Positions 1 to 17,231 of a DNA stretch of 64,000 bases are shown here, piece by piece. Where the stretch lies: assembly GCF_009914755.1 (NCBI RefSeq), contig NC_060925.1; one strand, written 5' to 3'. The stretch is from the human T2T-CHM13v2.0 reference genome, Homo sapiens. The first letter of the stretch is position 1; each line of letters starts with the position of its first letter. The notes under the pieces were generated by a model that saw nothing but the letters and a program-made list of their open reading frames with translations, did no database searches and had not been told where the DNA came from. Position numbers and translations under genes: made by a program.

Positions 1-55
1 GATGTTATCTCTAGTTTCTATAGGGAAACAAACATTTTGTGGCTCTAATTTTCTT

Positions 56-174
56 TTTTTTTAATTATACTTTAAGTTTTAGGTACATGTGCACAACGTG
101 CAGGTCTGTTACGTATGTATACATGTACCATGTTGGTGTGCTGCACCCATTAACTCGTCATTTAAGATTAGTTC
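56..174 (-). mobile_element. Severely 5'-truncated L1PA 3' end (~120 bp) with 17-bp target-site duplication
   Basis: T-run followed by 'ttatactttaagttttaggtacatgtgcacaacgtgcagg...ctgcacccattaactcgtcattta' (reverse complement of the L1PA 3' terminus). Flanked by gtggctctaattttctt at 39-55 and 175-191. Confidence 0.9.
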
Positions 175-1327
175 GTGGCTCTAATTTTCTTGACTATTGT
201 TTTAAGCTATTATTACCTTCTTACTTATCAGGGTGCTCATCTACTTCTTGAGGCTAGCCAGGTGGCTGGAATTTTCCTTGGAGGGACTCAAGAGTTTCCT
301 TTATTTTTCGTGCCTTAAATGGGTCTGTTCTCCCTCTTCAAAGCTCAAGCTCTTAAGGACTATGCTATTGTTAGATTTTTCGTATTGGAGCAGACCTTCC
401 CTCCTACTCAAGAACACCCCTTCTTCAGACAGCCTGGCTGGGTCTTCATCCTGGGAGAGCTCATGAAACACAAACCAGATCTTGGCCCTCACGTGTGTCT
501 AGGCAGAGCGGAGCCTGGGCAACACCAAGCGTGCCCCCGATTTTGCCTGCCCCAGCCAATTCGGAGTCAAGATCCACGCTCAGCTCCTTCCCTGCAAAGT
601 GCTAATGATGAAGCATGGGGATCAAGTCAGCAAACTCCAGAAATGGTCTTAGACTAGGAGTCAAGCCTTGAGATCCTATTACACACCAGATTCATTCCCT
701 GATTAGAGCTGCTGGATTCTTTTACTCTCACTGCACTCATGCTAAAGTTTCTTTCCTCCAGCCTCCTAACCCCAGAGGAGGCTGAGCCATGATACCCATT
801 GTCAAGCAATACATATTTAAGGAGCCCCTGAGATATGTCAGGCACCATCGTAGGTGCTGGGACAAGTGAATGTGACCAGGAAAGTCCCTCCCCTCTCAGA
901 GGTTCTTTTCAAGTTGGAGGACAGCAAATACAGAAATATAGAGTCTAACATAACAACAGGGAGTAATAAACACTTTGAAGAAAAATAAAGTGGAATAAGA
1001 GGGTAGGGTTGCCATAGGGTTCTCTGGGCAGTCTTCTATGGGAAGGCCACTTGTTTGGGCAGAGAAACAAAAGATGTCTGAAAGGAGGACTACGGGCCCC
1101 CCATAAGTGTGCTCCGGTCCGCGCACAGGGCAATGGGCATGTAATTTCCTATGATTAAGACCTACAGTATGTACAATATTACTGCAACAGACACTGAGAC
1201 TCACTTAGCATTGTTTCATAGCATCCGAGTTGCTCTGTTGGAGGAAAGTGCATGTGATGGGCATTCATTTGCTTCTGCCATCAGACAGATTCTCTACCTT
1301 TGTCCTTCCTACAAGATTCCCTAGGAA

Positions 1328-1638
1328 GGCAGGGCTCAGTGGCTCACGCCTATAATCCCAGCAATTTGGGAGTCCGAGGCAGTCAGATCACAAGGTCAGG
1401 AGTTCAAGACCAGCTTGGCCAACATGGTGAAACCCCGTCTCTACTAAAAATACAAAAATTAGCTGGGCATGGTGGCACATGCCTGTAATCCCAGCTACTC
1501 AGGAGGCTGAGGCAGGAGAATTGCTTGAACAGGGACCCGGGAGGCAGAAGTTGCAGTGAGCCAAGATCGCATCACTGCACTCCAGCCTGGGCTACAGAGT
1601 GAGACTCTGTCTCATAAATAAATAATAAATAAATAAAT
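1328..1638 (+). mobile_element. AluS element
   Basis: Dimeric Alu with (AATA)n tail. TSD gattccctaggaa at ~1315 and ~1639. Confidence 0.95.
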
Positions 1639-1859
1639 GATTCCCTAGGAAGCTGACTCCCACTGAATGTGCCACTCAGGAGTCCCTCCTCTCTAGATTA
1701 CAGTTGAGTTTGCTCAATGCAAGGCCCCAGCAGAAATGTTGGAAGTAAGAGCAAATAGATAGTTAACCACTCTTTAAAACAACAATGGATGTATACTTCT
1801 CTGGCCTCAGCTCCTGTGGGGAAGCTCCAGTGCCAGTCCCTGGGGGCTTCACCATTTTC

Positions 1860-1955
1860 AGTTAGTTCCTGAACCTTGTAAACAGACCCTTCACTAAATT
1901 CTTCCTAGTTAACCCTTTGAGAATGAAACCATTTCCTGCCAGGACTCTGACAGAT
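1860..1955 (-). mobile_element. Fragment of an ancient LTR (probably MaLR/MLT1-like)
   Basis: Its reverse complement closely resembles 13141-13233. The family assignment is tentative. Confidence 0.45.
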
Positions 1956-2270
1956 GCAAAGAACCCACAGCCGACTGCTGGGTGCGCAGCAGACCTAGTG
2001 CATGGCTCCACACTGCCATCTTGGGGGCTGGCACAGGCTGGCACTGAGTCTGGGGAAGGGAGCTGGGGCTGGAGGTGTGGAGGGGAAGACCGTGCATAGT
2101 TGCTTCCTGATCAGCTCTTTATTTGATTGAGAGTGAGGCAGGGAAGATTAGAGGGAAGCTTACAGTGGAATTCAGGGCTGAGGCTGCTATTCTTTTGCTC
2201 CTTGTAACTTCCTACAGTGTTGTCAGCATCCACATACTTCTCTGTGGGGTTGGTCTCAGAGCCAGGTTAC

Positions 2271-2422
2271 CTTGTCTTAGGTCCAGTGGCACCCTGACTG
2301 GCTTGGTGTCCTTGAACAAGTGACCTAACCTCTCCATACCTCAGTCCCTCAGCTGTAAAATTTAAAAAAAAAAAAAGAAGAAGAGTACCTACTGTATAGC
2401 ATTGATTTGAAGATTGAATGAG
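2271..2422 (-). ncRNA. Candidate lncRNA exon overlapping a MIR
   Basis: Minus-strand acceptor (ataccag|ctcatt) and donor (gacaag|gtaacc). Size is close to an exon I recall from the RP11-34P13.7/AL627309.1-type lncRNA. A minus-strand AATAAA lies at 2118-2123. Confidence 0.45.
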
Positions 2423-3419
2423 CTGGTATTATACAATGTTTAGAAGCAGTGCCTGACACGCAAAAGGCTCTCAACAAATACTATCCTTTACTAATATCCC
2501 GTGTGTCTGTATCAGAGCTGGGGGGTGGAGGGACAGAAAGAAGTGGGAGAAGGTAAAGAGATGGGCAAATGATCTCTAAAGTCTCTCTGGCACTAACACA
2601 ATTCTTTATTATGCGTTTTGTCTGGCTCTTTATATTGATAGCTGTTCCAGAGGCAATCAATACCTATTAGTCGGTTTTATTCTTATTTTTCTGTCTGATC
2701 TTACAGGGGAGCAAACTGAGGCAAAGCATGAACTTACTTCTCAGGAAATTAACCATTATGTTGGCAATCGCTGTGATTATTTGAACGGCAGCATCTGGAC
2801 AAATTTAGTCACATGAAGTACAGAAGAGAGATTTCTCATGGTTAAAACGAAGCTCTCTTTATTTGCTTCTGCTAATTAAAAAATCAGAGCTAAAGATACT
2901 TAAACACTACAGTTAAAATGCCATGGTTGTCTATTGGCTTAATGAATTCTCTTATGAAATCAACTCTAAAATGTTATCCATCATAAATCATGAAACACAA
3001 TTTTTCTTATTCTCTTTAGAGCTTTACAATTCATCTTAAAGACCAGTGTTTACACTCTCTTCTGTAGGTTGTACAATAACTTTGGCGAGAAAAAATAAAA
3101 GCCTGGCTTTCTGACTCATAGGTGTGTTCCCTTTAACAGAAAAAGAAAATATGTCCTCTTTAAAACTGATGATCATTGGTCACCTCAATTTTATTGAAGT
3201 TCACTTCTGACCTCTTTAGATGTAGTTCTCTACATAAAACTGCCCAACAGAATTCTCTGTCTGAATGCCTTCTCCACAAACAAAATTTTAAGAACTAAAA
3301 TCATCATCTTTCCTTCCAAATGTGCTCTCCCTATGTCCCCAGGGCTCTCCATGTGTAGAGCTGAGACCATTTGCCACTCAGTTTCCTCACCCAATTAATT
3401 GCAAGTCCCAACAATTTTC

Positions 3420-3715
<296 letters not shown>

Positions 3716-4492
3716 CACTTTTGCCTTTTTAACATCCCTCAGCTCTTCAAATCCATTTTCTCTTCTCTAACACCTCCCCATTCCCCAGCTCGTAATGAAC
3801 TCTTAAGTAGATTACTACAATCACCTCCCAAATGGTCTTCCTGGCTCCATCAGCCTTGTGACCTTCAAGTTCATTCTCCACATGGATGTCAGAGTAACTT
3901 TCTAAAATGAAAATCTGACCACGTTACTCTCTTGCCTAAATCCGCCTATGGCTGCTGTTAGGATCAAGTCTAAACTCCCGACCCTGGAACATAAGGTCTT
4001 CGTGCTCTGTTCACTGCTTCTCTACCTCACCTGCAACCAACACCACTCCCACATCCATATTCTGCTCACCGTGTATCAACATGAACAGGAGGTGGGTGTT
4101 TCAGTCCCCAGGAAGACACTGGGCCTTTTCAATCATCTACTGCTGTGTAATAACCACCCCGCAAACTGACCACATGATTTCATTTTGCAAGGGTTCCTTC
4201 CTTGGGCTGTGTTCAGCAAAAGGGTTTACTGAGCTGGCAGGTCCAAGATGGCCTCACTCACAGGACTGGCTGTTGATGGGAGCCTTGATGCTCTTGGGCT
4301 CACCCCTTATCCTCCAGTAGGTTAGAGCTTCTTACAGTGGTTTCAGGCAGCATCTGAAGACAGTAAAAGCAGAAGCTCCAAGGCTTCTTACATTCTAGCC
4401 TGGAAAATCACATCACATTGCTTCCTTCATATTTTTTTGGCAAATCAGGTTGCAAGGCTTGCCCAGATTAGGGTAAAGAGGCTCCTTTTCTT

Positions 4493-4810
4493 TTCTTTTT
4501 TTTTTTTTTTTTTTTTTGTTTGAGTCAGAATCTCGCTCTGTTGCCCAGGCTGGAGTGCAGTGGCACGATCTAGGCTCACTGCAAGCTCTGCCTCCTGGGT
4601 TCATGCCATTCTCCTGCCTCAGGCTCCCAAGTAGCTGAGACTACAGGCACCTGCCACCACGCCTGGCTAATTTTTTTTTTTTTTGTATTTTTTAGTAGAG
4701 ACTGTGTTTCACTGTGTTAGCCAGGAGGTCTCCATCTCCTGACCTCGTGATCCACCTGCCTTGGCCTCTCAAAGTGCTGGGATTACAGGCGTGAGCCACC
4801 GTGCCTGGCC
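4493..4810 (-). mobile_element. AluY/Sc-type element
   Basis: Reverse Alu with 'gcaagctctgcctcctgggttcatgccattctcc'. TSD aagaggctccttttctt at 4476 and 4811. Confidence 0.95.
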
Positions 4811-7800
4811 AAGAGGCTCCTTTTCTTGATGAAAGGAGTAGTGAAGTCACATTGCATGTCCTTGCAAAGGGACATGCAGACCACATTAGTGAGAATATGT
4901 GCCTGTATTTTGCAATCTGTAACATGGGCATAAACTAAATGTTTTCCAAAGGGAGTAGGGCAAAACAAAAAGGACCTTGACCACTCCTTTGGCCCCTGAA
5001 TAAATCCAGGAAGCCTAAGAGTATGACTATCCTGAGGTAGAAAGAGGGTCACATGCTGGATAAGAGGTACCTGGGCTCTCCACTTACAAGAAGAGAGCAT
5101 GGTTACATTTATAATCACCATTCCCAACATGCTGTGAGTGCAGGCAGCTACCAGGAGGAGAATAAAGGAAATAACCAGGACACCCATCTCTAAACCTGTT
5201 AATTTAATCACACGGAACACTTCTATTTAAAATTCCCAAGGGTTAAGATGTAGGAATGCTTATCAAGGTAAATGCTGTTCACACTTCTTGGAGTGTCAGG
5301 CCTAGATCTCTATCCATCAGAAACAACAATATCAATAACAACAACAGCAACATGATGATGGGGCAATTTCTGAAAAGCACCATGTATTTTATCGATACAT
5401 GTCCATTGCAGAAAATCCAGGTGAATCCAAAGAAGAAATAAATGTCTGCCACAATCCATAGCCCAGAGCTAACTAACCAGTATAAAGAACCCAGTGTGGT
5501 TTTAACTAATGGATCAAAAGATGCTCATCAAAGGCTCTGAGCTTTCCTGAGTGCTAACAGGAAACATCCAGCATCTCTGGTCTCTCTAAGGCTGCAGGTG
5601 TCTTTGCCCATAGTGCCTGTTTTGTGTCAGGGAAAGAATCAACCTGGGAGCCAAGCCCAGGAATCAGGATGACCAAGACATACTGGACAAGGAGGGAACA
5701 AACCCATCCAAGGACACTCAAGGACAAATCAAGCAAATGAATTTAAGGGAGACGTGCTCATGGTCTGCTTTGCTGCTCAGCATGGCTGGGAGGCACAGTG
5801 GAAGATCATGCATCCTGCCCCTGGGACTCCTCTGCCAGAGCCTGAGAGATTTCTCCTGCCCACAGGCTAGGGGTAGGACAGTTGGAATTGATCCATGCCT
5901 TCTAGCTAGACTGTGGGTCCCCTCAGTCTTGGGCATGGTGACAGCCCAGCATCAGACAGAGGTCAGTATCAAACTAGAAAATTTAATAAATGCTGTCAGA
6001 TTTGTAGACCCAAGAAAATATAAACTGCCAATCACGGAGGAAAAAAATCTCTCAATGATCTTATCTTTATATGATTCCCTTGCTGCCTGGAAATTGACAT
6101 TTCCTTGGGGATAATCTGGTCATAGGATTGGTGAAGGTGGAAGGGAGGCAACCTCTGAAGGTGGGGCCCTCTGCTCACCTGGGACAGGGAGGGCCTGAGG
6201 TAGGTGTCTGTGTGGGCTGGGGAGGAGGATGGGAGCAGTGCTTCTAGATGTTTCCACTTTCTCCTCATTAGATAATAACGAATGGGTGATTTCCCTAGTC
6301 ACTGCAGTGTGAGGAAATCTACAAAATTAATTTCCCAATACACTTCACAGGATAGGTGGAGAAACCCATGAAGCACAACTGCAGTGGGTTATAAAAAATG
6401 GCCTTTCAAGTTGAGCAATAAATTCGTTCAAGCAGCCATTCTGAAGGACAAACGTGGTTCTGTATTTAAGAGGGGCATTCCAGCACTTCTCTAGCCACTG
6501 GGTTGACAATGACTCACCAAAGCCTCTGGTAGCCACCACAGGACGCCCAGAGCACGTTTTAAAGCTGAACACCAAACTGCGGACTTCGGGAGTAAGTGAA
6601 CTGACTGGTTTTTATTTTGTTTTACTGCTTTTAACATTACAGTAACTGTTACAGGTTCCAGCAGGCTAACTGGGTAGAAATGAGTTTGGTTTCACTTAGT
6701 CTCTCTAAAGAGAAAGCGAGTCCATAGACTAATACCTAATAAAAGCAAAGCTCCCAACAATTGAAATCGCCTGGGCTGCTCTGTGTGTCCCACATGCATG
6801 GGTGTGGGTGCCAGTGTGTGTGCACGTGTGCATGCATGTGCATGTGTATTGGGATAGAGTGGTAAGAAAATGGGAAATAATAAGAATGTTCAGTCCATAG
6901 CCTTTCATTATAAAAAGGTGAGCTGTAATAAATACTAGTGCCACATTTAGCCAAAACTTTACTCCAGCCAAAAGTGATATTTTCATGATAACATCCTGTG
7001 ATTGCTTTGTTCTTCGTCTTTTATGTTCTTCCTAGATGGGCTCAGAACATACAAGAATTAAGTACACATCTTATTTTCCAGTGATAATGCTACCAGCAAA
7101 TTCTGTTGTTTGTATAAACATCAGCCATGTTTATATAACTAAACTAGTGTTTTGTTTTGTCAATTCAGCAAGAAATTAGACCAAATGGTGACTTAATGCT
7201 GCATTGATTTGGCTATCAATTTCTTTTCACTTTTCTGCAAAATATTTAATACATTATTAAATTGAATTATGCTGATGCCACAGTTCTTCTTATCTCAATT
7301 GTCTTAAAATTCATTTAATTTTTTTCCTTTGGTTTCATTATTCAAATTTTAACTTCAGTTCTCAAGATTTGATCTGATGGAAGAGATGGAGTCCATTACT
7401 AAGGACTCCATTGTGCTCCATCATGCCAGAGTTGTAAAATAGATCTCTTAAAGGAAATTTACTGTGATTTTTTTCTATTTAAGAGCTTCCTCTCCAGTTG
7501 AGCATGTAAGAAAATTATACCAGGAGAATACAGTAAACTCTATAAGGCAAGCTATAAACATGTAGCATTGTGATTAGGGCTGGTTCTCCTTCTAGAAACA
7601 TGGTAGGATTGCAATTTCATACCATCCTTGAAGTTAGAGAGAGCCACGTGACTCATTTAGCCAATGAACTGTGAGCAGAATGACATGTCACTTCCAGCAG
7701 AAGCTTTAAGAATCTGAGAGACATTCATACGTTTTCCATGTGCTGTAGCCTTATACCCAAAGCCTGGGTCCCAAGTGACCATGACAGGCAGAGCTCCCTG

Positions 7801-8596
7801 TTGAGCCACAGAGATTTAGAGAATGGCTGTTAACACAGCATAATCTAGCCCATCCTGACTAATCTGATATTAACATGTATAATAAAGAATTCTATCAATT
7901 CTGAGGGAAGATGATTAGTTAAGGTCCTAGGTTGCAAGTCTCAAAACCTCTTCTAAGGATTGTAGACAGGAAATTAAATGACCTCTAGTCCCTAGAGTTC
8001 CCAATCTCCTACCATCCCATCCTAATATGACAGAAGTAATTCCTGAGTTGCTTCTGAAACCAGAGCTTCCCTCAGAACCCTTAGCCTGCCAGATGGCTTC
8101 TTGGAGAGCCCTCACTCACTTTTCTCCTCCTGCTATTGCTGCTCATTCATTCCAGCTTTTAAAAATTCATCTTTATCCAGGAACCTCGCTTCTAGAAAAG
8201 TCATACAGGTGCTTCCAGGAGGCTACATGGGCACCCATATTTTTCTAGCCACATTCATTAGACCAATGCAGCAGAGAAGAAAAGCCTCAATAATTATTAT
8301 GACATGGCATGTTAGGATACCAAGTAAATTGCATTTGTAAAATGTGATTTTCTGTTGGTGTTCACTTCTGCTCTACTGACATTTGGTAAGTATTATTGAC
8401 TGACTGACTAACTAATGTGGTCATTAGTCTTCATAAAGAAAGGCTCTCTACAAAAATGGAGGGATGCCCTTTTTCTGGCATTTAATACGTAAGAAATTGC
8501 CTCCGATAGAAACCAGAGTTGCCTGATTACTATCAGCACAGGAGAAATGTATTAATGTGCCTTTCTAGTAACAGGTTTTTAGAAAGTCAAATATAA

Positions 8597-9150
<554 letters not shown>

Positions 9151-10814
9151 AGGATTGCTTTTATAGCCAGTCTTCAGGTGCCCACTGTAGGAACAATGTC
9201 ATTTAACCCTCGGGATTATTCTGTGCCAAATCTGGATAATGACTAATATTCAACACAGATATTCTCAGCTCAGAAGAGCAATTAGCAAATTCAGAAATTC
9301 TAAGTGCTTGCTTCCTTTTTAGTCAAATACAAATGTTTGTTAAAAGATATTATTTTGCTTTACACTTTTTCTCTCAGAAATAAACAGATGCTTGAATTCC
9401 CACAGTGCTGCTTGAGCCTCACACCATGTCATCCTGCCAGGCACCCAGATCCAGTTCTAGAGTTTCACATGATCATGAGTGTTGGTTAATAAGTCAATGT
9501 GAACTGGGAGGGGAGATTTTTCAGGAGTGCCACAGGGCTCTCCCTTTAATCACATACACTCCCTGCTTTCATTGGAAAGTGTACGATGATGTCAGAGTGC
9601 CCCAGAATGGAGCTAGTTGGAAGACTGCCGTCATAGGGATGCCTTAGTGAATTAATAAGGTTTTAATTTCTGGCTCTCAACTTTGTAGATGTAAAAGTTG
9701 ATTTATCAATATGTGAGAAAGGATGAATCTTTCTGAAGGTTATGTCATCACACTCACTAAGCACACAGAGAATAATGTCTAGAATCTGAGTGCCATGTTA
9801 TCAAATTATACTGAGACTCTTGCAGTCACATGGGCTGATATGTAAGCATCGTCATGCCTAGTACAGACTCTCCCTGCAGATGAAATTATATGGGATGCTA
9901 AATTATAATCAGAACAATGTTTGGCGAGCCAAAACTACAACAAGGGAAGCTAATTGGATGAATTTATAAAAATATGCCTCAGCCAAAATAGCTTAATTCA
10001 GTCTCCCTTATCATAAGGATAATCTTGCCTAAAGGGACAGTAATATTAAAGACACTAGGAATAACCTCTGTACTTTGGACAGTAGACCTGCATAGCCCAT
10101 TAGGCCTCAATGAAGTCTTATGCAAGACCAGAAGCCAATTTGCCATTTTAAGGTGATTCTCCATGTTTCTGCTCTAACTGTGCTTCACAATACTCAAGAC
10201 ACTGAATCAGGATGTTTCCTGGAGTGCAGGGAGCTGTCCGTGGTACTGAGCAGTTCTCAGCAACCCAAAGATCCTACTGACTCCTCATCAGACTTCTTTC
10301 TCACTGGAATTTTACACCTGGGCTGTTAACACCAGGCCAGGTCAAATTCAAAGGAGAGAAAAAAGCTCATTATGAAGGGTAAAATCCAAAACACTGTGCA
10401 TAAAGATATGTGTGCACAATTTTTATACATAAAGATTTCATAAAGCCAAAGCATCAGGAAATGAAAAGAAATACAGAAAGAAAAATGATGGTAAATGAGA
10501 CATTAATTTACCCTTCTAATCTCTATCACAGCAAAAAGATAATTTAAAAATCTATATGAGAACCACAAAATACACAAAAATTATGTAGCAAAGCCTATAG
10601 CCTGAAAAAGTAAACATTGAAATTTGTATGTCCATAAAATGTTTACAAAATTGAGTACATATTACACACCCCACCGCAAAAACATCTAAGCAAAGTAGAG
10701 ACTGTAGAAATGCTACAGATTATATTCTCTGATTATGACACAACAAAACTAGAAATTACGGCATGGAAATTTAAAAGCTTTCTCTTAAATAATTCTATGT
10801 CAAAAAGAAATCCA

Positions 10815-11895
<1,081 letters not shown>

Positions 11896-12741
11896 CTAAT
11901 AAATTAGAAAACAGAAACATAGAACTAATTTATAAATCAAAGCACTATGCCTTGAAAAGAGGGAGAAAAATTGTGAATTAAGGAAGGGAAGAGATGGTTG
12001 GACAGGAAGTGGGAGAAGGCAGAGATAATTGAAGGAGCAAAAGCATCTGGAGAAGCAAAGCCACTGAAAGATGAACAGGGCTCCGAAAGAAATGCTTGAT
12101 TGCTATCTTTTCAAATGACTGCAGTTCCCAGTGACATCATTTTTCTCCTCCCTGGAAGTCTGAGGGGCAGTTCACTTATCTCCTCCCCTCCCCTACTCCT
12201 CACCCCACACTCAAAACCTGTCTATGCTCCTTTCATTCTCCTATGACAGATTTCAGATGGCATTCTTATTTCCCTGATTTCTTTTTGAGATAGCTTGCAT
12301 TTCCCTCCTCTATATAAAGCCACCATTTATCAAATGCCTACATGGACCAAGCAGTCCACAAGGGCTTCACAGACAGTTTTACTAAACTCATGTCAAAACT
12401 TTCGGGTTTTATACCTACCTTATAGGTAAAGAAATTGAAGCTTATAGAGTTTAAGTAATGTTTCCAAAGCCTCGTGGCTAGTAATTCAAACCTAATTTCT
12501 GCCTACTCCAAAGTCTATTTTTCCTCATGATACTATACTGCCTCTCCATGGATAAAGACAGAGATCACATATTAATAAAATTTGCACAAAGTCAGCAAAT
12601 TGTTGAAAGGGAAGGCTAAGATGATTAATAAGATCAAGAGCCAGATGATCTCAACAACCTGAAATAACTGGCTGACAACCAATTTGAATAACTCCCTGCG
12701 GGTGAAGTTCAAAGTACTATTTGGGGTTTTTTTTAAAGTTT

Positions 12742-13064
<323 letters not shown>

Positions 13065-13233
13065 TCAGAATCAGGGAGGTCTGTTGGGTGCAGTTCATTT
13101 GAAAAATTCCTCAGCATTTTAGTGATCTGTATGGTCCCTCTATCTGTCACGGTCCTAGCAGGAAATTGTTCCACTCTCAAAGGATTAAGCAGAAAGAGTT
13201 TAATGAAAGGTCTCTTTCCAGGGTTAAGGGAAC

Positions 13234-13983
<750 letters not shown>

Positions 13984-14753
13984 GGAACTAATTAGAAATG
14001 GTGACGCACCGAGGGATTGGCACCGAGGCTCCCCAACAGGAACTGAGGCCATGGATAGAAGGACACATTCATGTTATTTTTTTCTAATGGTTAAGTAATT
14101 ATTTGCTCTTACTCTCAAAATTTCTGCCAAGGCCTCCCATGGACCAAACTCAACTAGAATCTAGGAAGCAGAGAACCTGAGTGTTGCATTCAGCAGAAGT
14201 CAGCTTCCTAGGGAATCTTGCAGGAAGGGTGAAGGTAGAGAATCTGGTGGGGAAGCAAGCAAATGCCCATCACATGCACTTTCCTCCAACAGAGCGACTC
14301 AGATGCTATAAAACTTGCTAACTCAATCTCAGTGTCTGATGACAGTAACATACAATCCAGGTTTTAATCATCAGAAATCACAGTCCTATTGTCTTCTGCA
14401 CAGACCCAAACACACTTGGAGGTCATGTTCAATATGAATACCTCACAGAGAAGGAAATTTACACACGAGAAGTACATCTGCAGAAAGCCAGCTGGCATGT
14501 CAACCATTCAAAAACTCAGCGTGTTCGGGATAAAGAAGACTCAGGAAGACAAGTATGAAGCATAATCTGTGACATTCCATGCGGCAGACGTTAGACACAT
14601 ACAAGAGAGTTGTTGGAAAGCGGAATTTATCTTCATATAAACAACACTGAGCTAAATCTCAATATTTCAGATCTCTAGAACTATCCATCAGTGAAATGGA
14701 TTGCAAATAGAAAGAGTAATACCATGTCACTTAAGAATACAATCATGGACGAG

Positions 14754-14771
14754 GCTGCCACCTGCTGTTGG
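14754..14771 (-). promoter_or_regulatory. CTCF-like core motif
   Basis: Minus strand reads CCAACAGCAGGTGGCAGC, close to the CTCF core CCASYAGRKGGCRS. Confidence 0.55.
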
Positions 14772-17231
14772 GGGCCACTGCAGAAGAAATTCCAGAACAC
14801 TGGACTGGAGAGCACCTCACTTTCCTTACAGCTCTAAGTTTCTGACTCAGTGACCTGATTCAGTACCATATACACAAAGACCCACTTACACAAATGACTG
14901 TTCTTCACACTAGGCCCATGGAGACAGGGATAAAATTCTGACTTTGTTCAGATACCTTCTCCGCTACTGACATCTAGGCATTACACAATTCATCTCTTCA
15001 TACTTAACCTTTGAAGTTTGCTACTTCTCAGAGAGACTAATGAGTAGTGAGCAAACATCCTGAAGCTGAGAATGCTTCTACCTCCTCTCAAAACAACAGA
15101 ATATTCATCAAAACACAGCAGTTCTGCACTTAACTTTAGGCCTTTTCTAACACCTCGTTTCTTGGCAGTAACTGTGGCCAGAATAGCTCTTTCCACAGAG
15201 AAAGGACCTTTTGAAAGGATAGGGTCTCTAGATAGAAAAGCAAATGCCTCATTCCAGAAGGTCTTCAAGAAGAAAATGTTGTGGTGATAACTAACTGATT
15301 ATAATCTATTCTGTGAAAAAAGCTTATGAAAGAGTAGATGTGTGTATCTAGTACATAAGAGCTGAAGGTCAATATATATATATAGATATATACACACACT
15401 CAAATAAATAATAGTTATCTCTAACTAGAGAAATTCTAGTTGCCTTATATTTTCTTCTTTTCCTTACTATATTTTCTACAATAAACATGTGTTTTTAACA
15501 AGAAAAGTCTTTTCTGGTGTGCTTTTTAATTTTCTTTGTTTAAGTGAGAGTGAGGCTACATAACTACATGGCTAGGTAGACTTTTAGAAAACTTGGCTGC
15601 TCTAGAAAATTGACATATCCTGATTTCTTCCATAGCTTGGATCTTGACCTGGAGGGAAATATAAAAATGTTGACTTGAACCTGAGGGGTGCCATTTTCAC
15701 TGCTGAAGTAGTTTCATGGATCATGAATTGGAGAAATGACTTCAGCAACACGGGTGTTAAAAACAGAAAGCACAAGTGACCTACAACAGATGATGGAGAA
15801 CAAAGAGCAAGCTGGGAGAAGCAGTGGCCTTTAATACAGAAAAGAAGAAGTATAGCCACAATAAATATTAGGCAGACAGCAGTTCAGCAGTTTATACTAT
15901 TAAGCTGTTGTTTAGGGGAATGGTAAACCGACATGACCCTTGAGGTAGGTATATATAGGTAAATTCTATGTGTCCCTTGAAATAGGTGTATGACACAACT
16001 TCTGGCGTCTACATGGATTTGGTCACTCTAAAGTAGCCATGAGGCTTAAGATAGTTCAGCTGTTTGGGGATAAGCGAAATAATTTGCAGTTGTCTTTCTG
16101 CAATTTGCGTATCCTACAGTTATCTTGTCATTACTGAATGGCACAGAGAAAAATTCTGGTCTGAAGTGGTTCTCAAACCTGGTTGCTGGAGGGCCACCCT
16201 CAGTGATGATGATTTAATCTGTAGAAGAGTAGAACATTGATAGTTTTTATATATCTCCAGGTAATTTTAATGTATAACTGGGGTGAGAATCATTGACCTA
16301 ATTGTAAGAGGATAATATTCAAGAAATGTGGAGATAAATAATTTTCTTCTTGACATTAAAAAAATCTAATAAAAAGTTTTATCTTTTCCCCTAACTCAGT
16401 GTCATCAGCCTTCAAGCTTCAGTCTCTGTGTGTTCACAGGTGCTGCAAACACACGCATCACTACTAATATCCCACTTCAGTGCTATTGCTGCTCCCAAAA
16501 CTCCAGGTATTTTTAACCTTATAAACCTCCAGAATAATGAGACCACTGGGTTCAGTAAATTGCTTTGTTTTGAAGCAGTGTTAGACAAAGTGGGAGACTA
16601 GAAGATAAATCTGTCAATGACATGTCCTTTAAGACTACTTAGATTTTGTTGAATTTGTGGATCATTCCTTACTTGAGCAAATGGTAAATTAACTTTCTCT
16701 TTTCTCTCTCTCTCTAGCTGGCACACTTTTTCCAGTAGCCATTCTACTTGGTATGCTTACTTATCAGCTGTCCTCCAGGGGCCTCACATTAGATGTTTCT
16801 CTTGACTAACCAAACATGACACACAGCTGAAGTCAGAAAAACCAGATTGATAATTTCACTCAAACTATTTTCCTTCATTCTAACAATTTACTGGAATACA
16901 CAATTGTGACTATTTTTAGCCATAGGAACTCATAGAAAGACCAACTTCATTAGACCTACAAAATCGAATTGTGTAACAGTATATGCAGTATGTGTAGGAA
17001 TAAAAAGCATTTCTCAAATATGCAGTACTGGATTTTGCAAAAGCACCTTACACTTTGCTATAAAGGAGTGGAAAACACAAAGATGAGTAACTGCACCTTT
17101 CAAAAGACTAGAGCTATACCAGTAATACAAAGGTGGAAACAAATAATGATGAGATGACAAAGGCTGAGTGTTTTCTATTTGGAAGCTATGTTGTTGAATT
17201 ATTTATGTATATAATTTCATGCAATCTTCAT

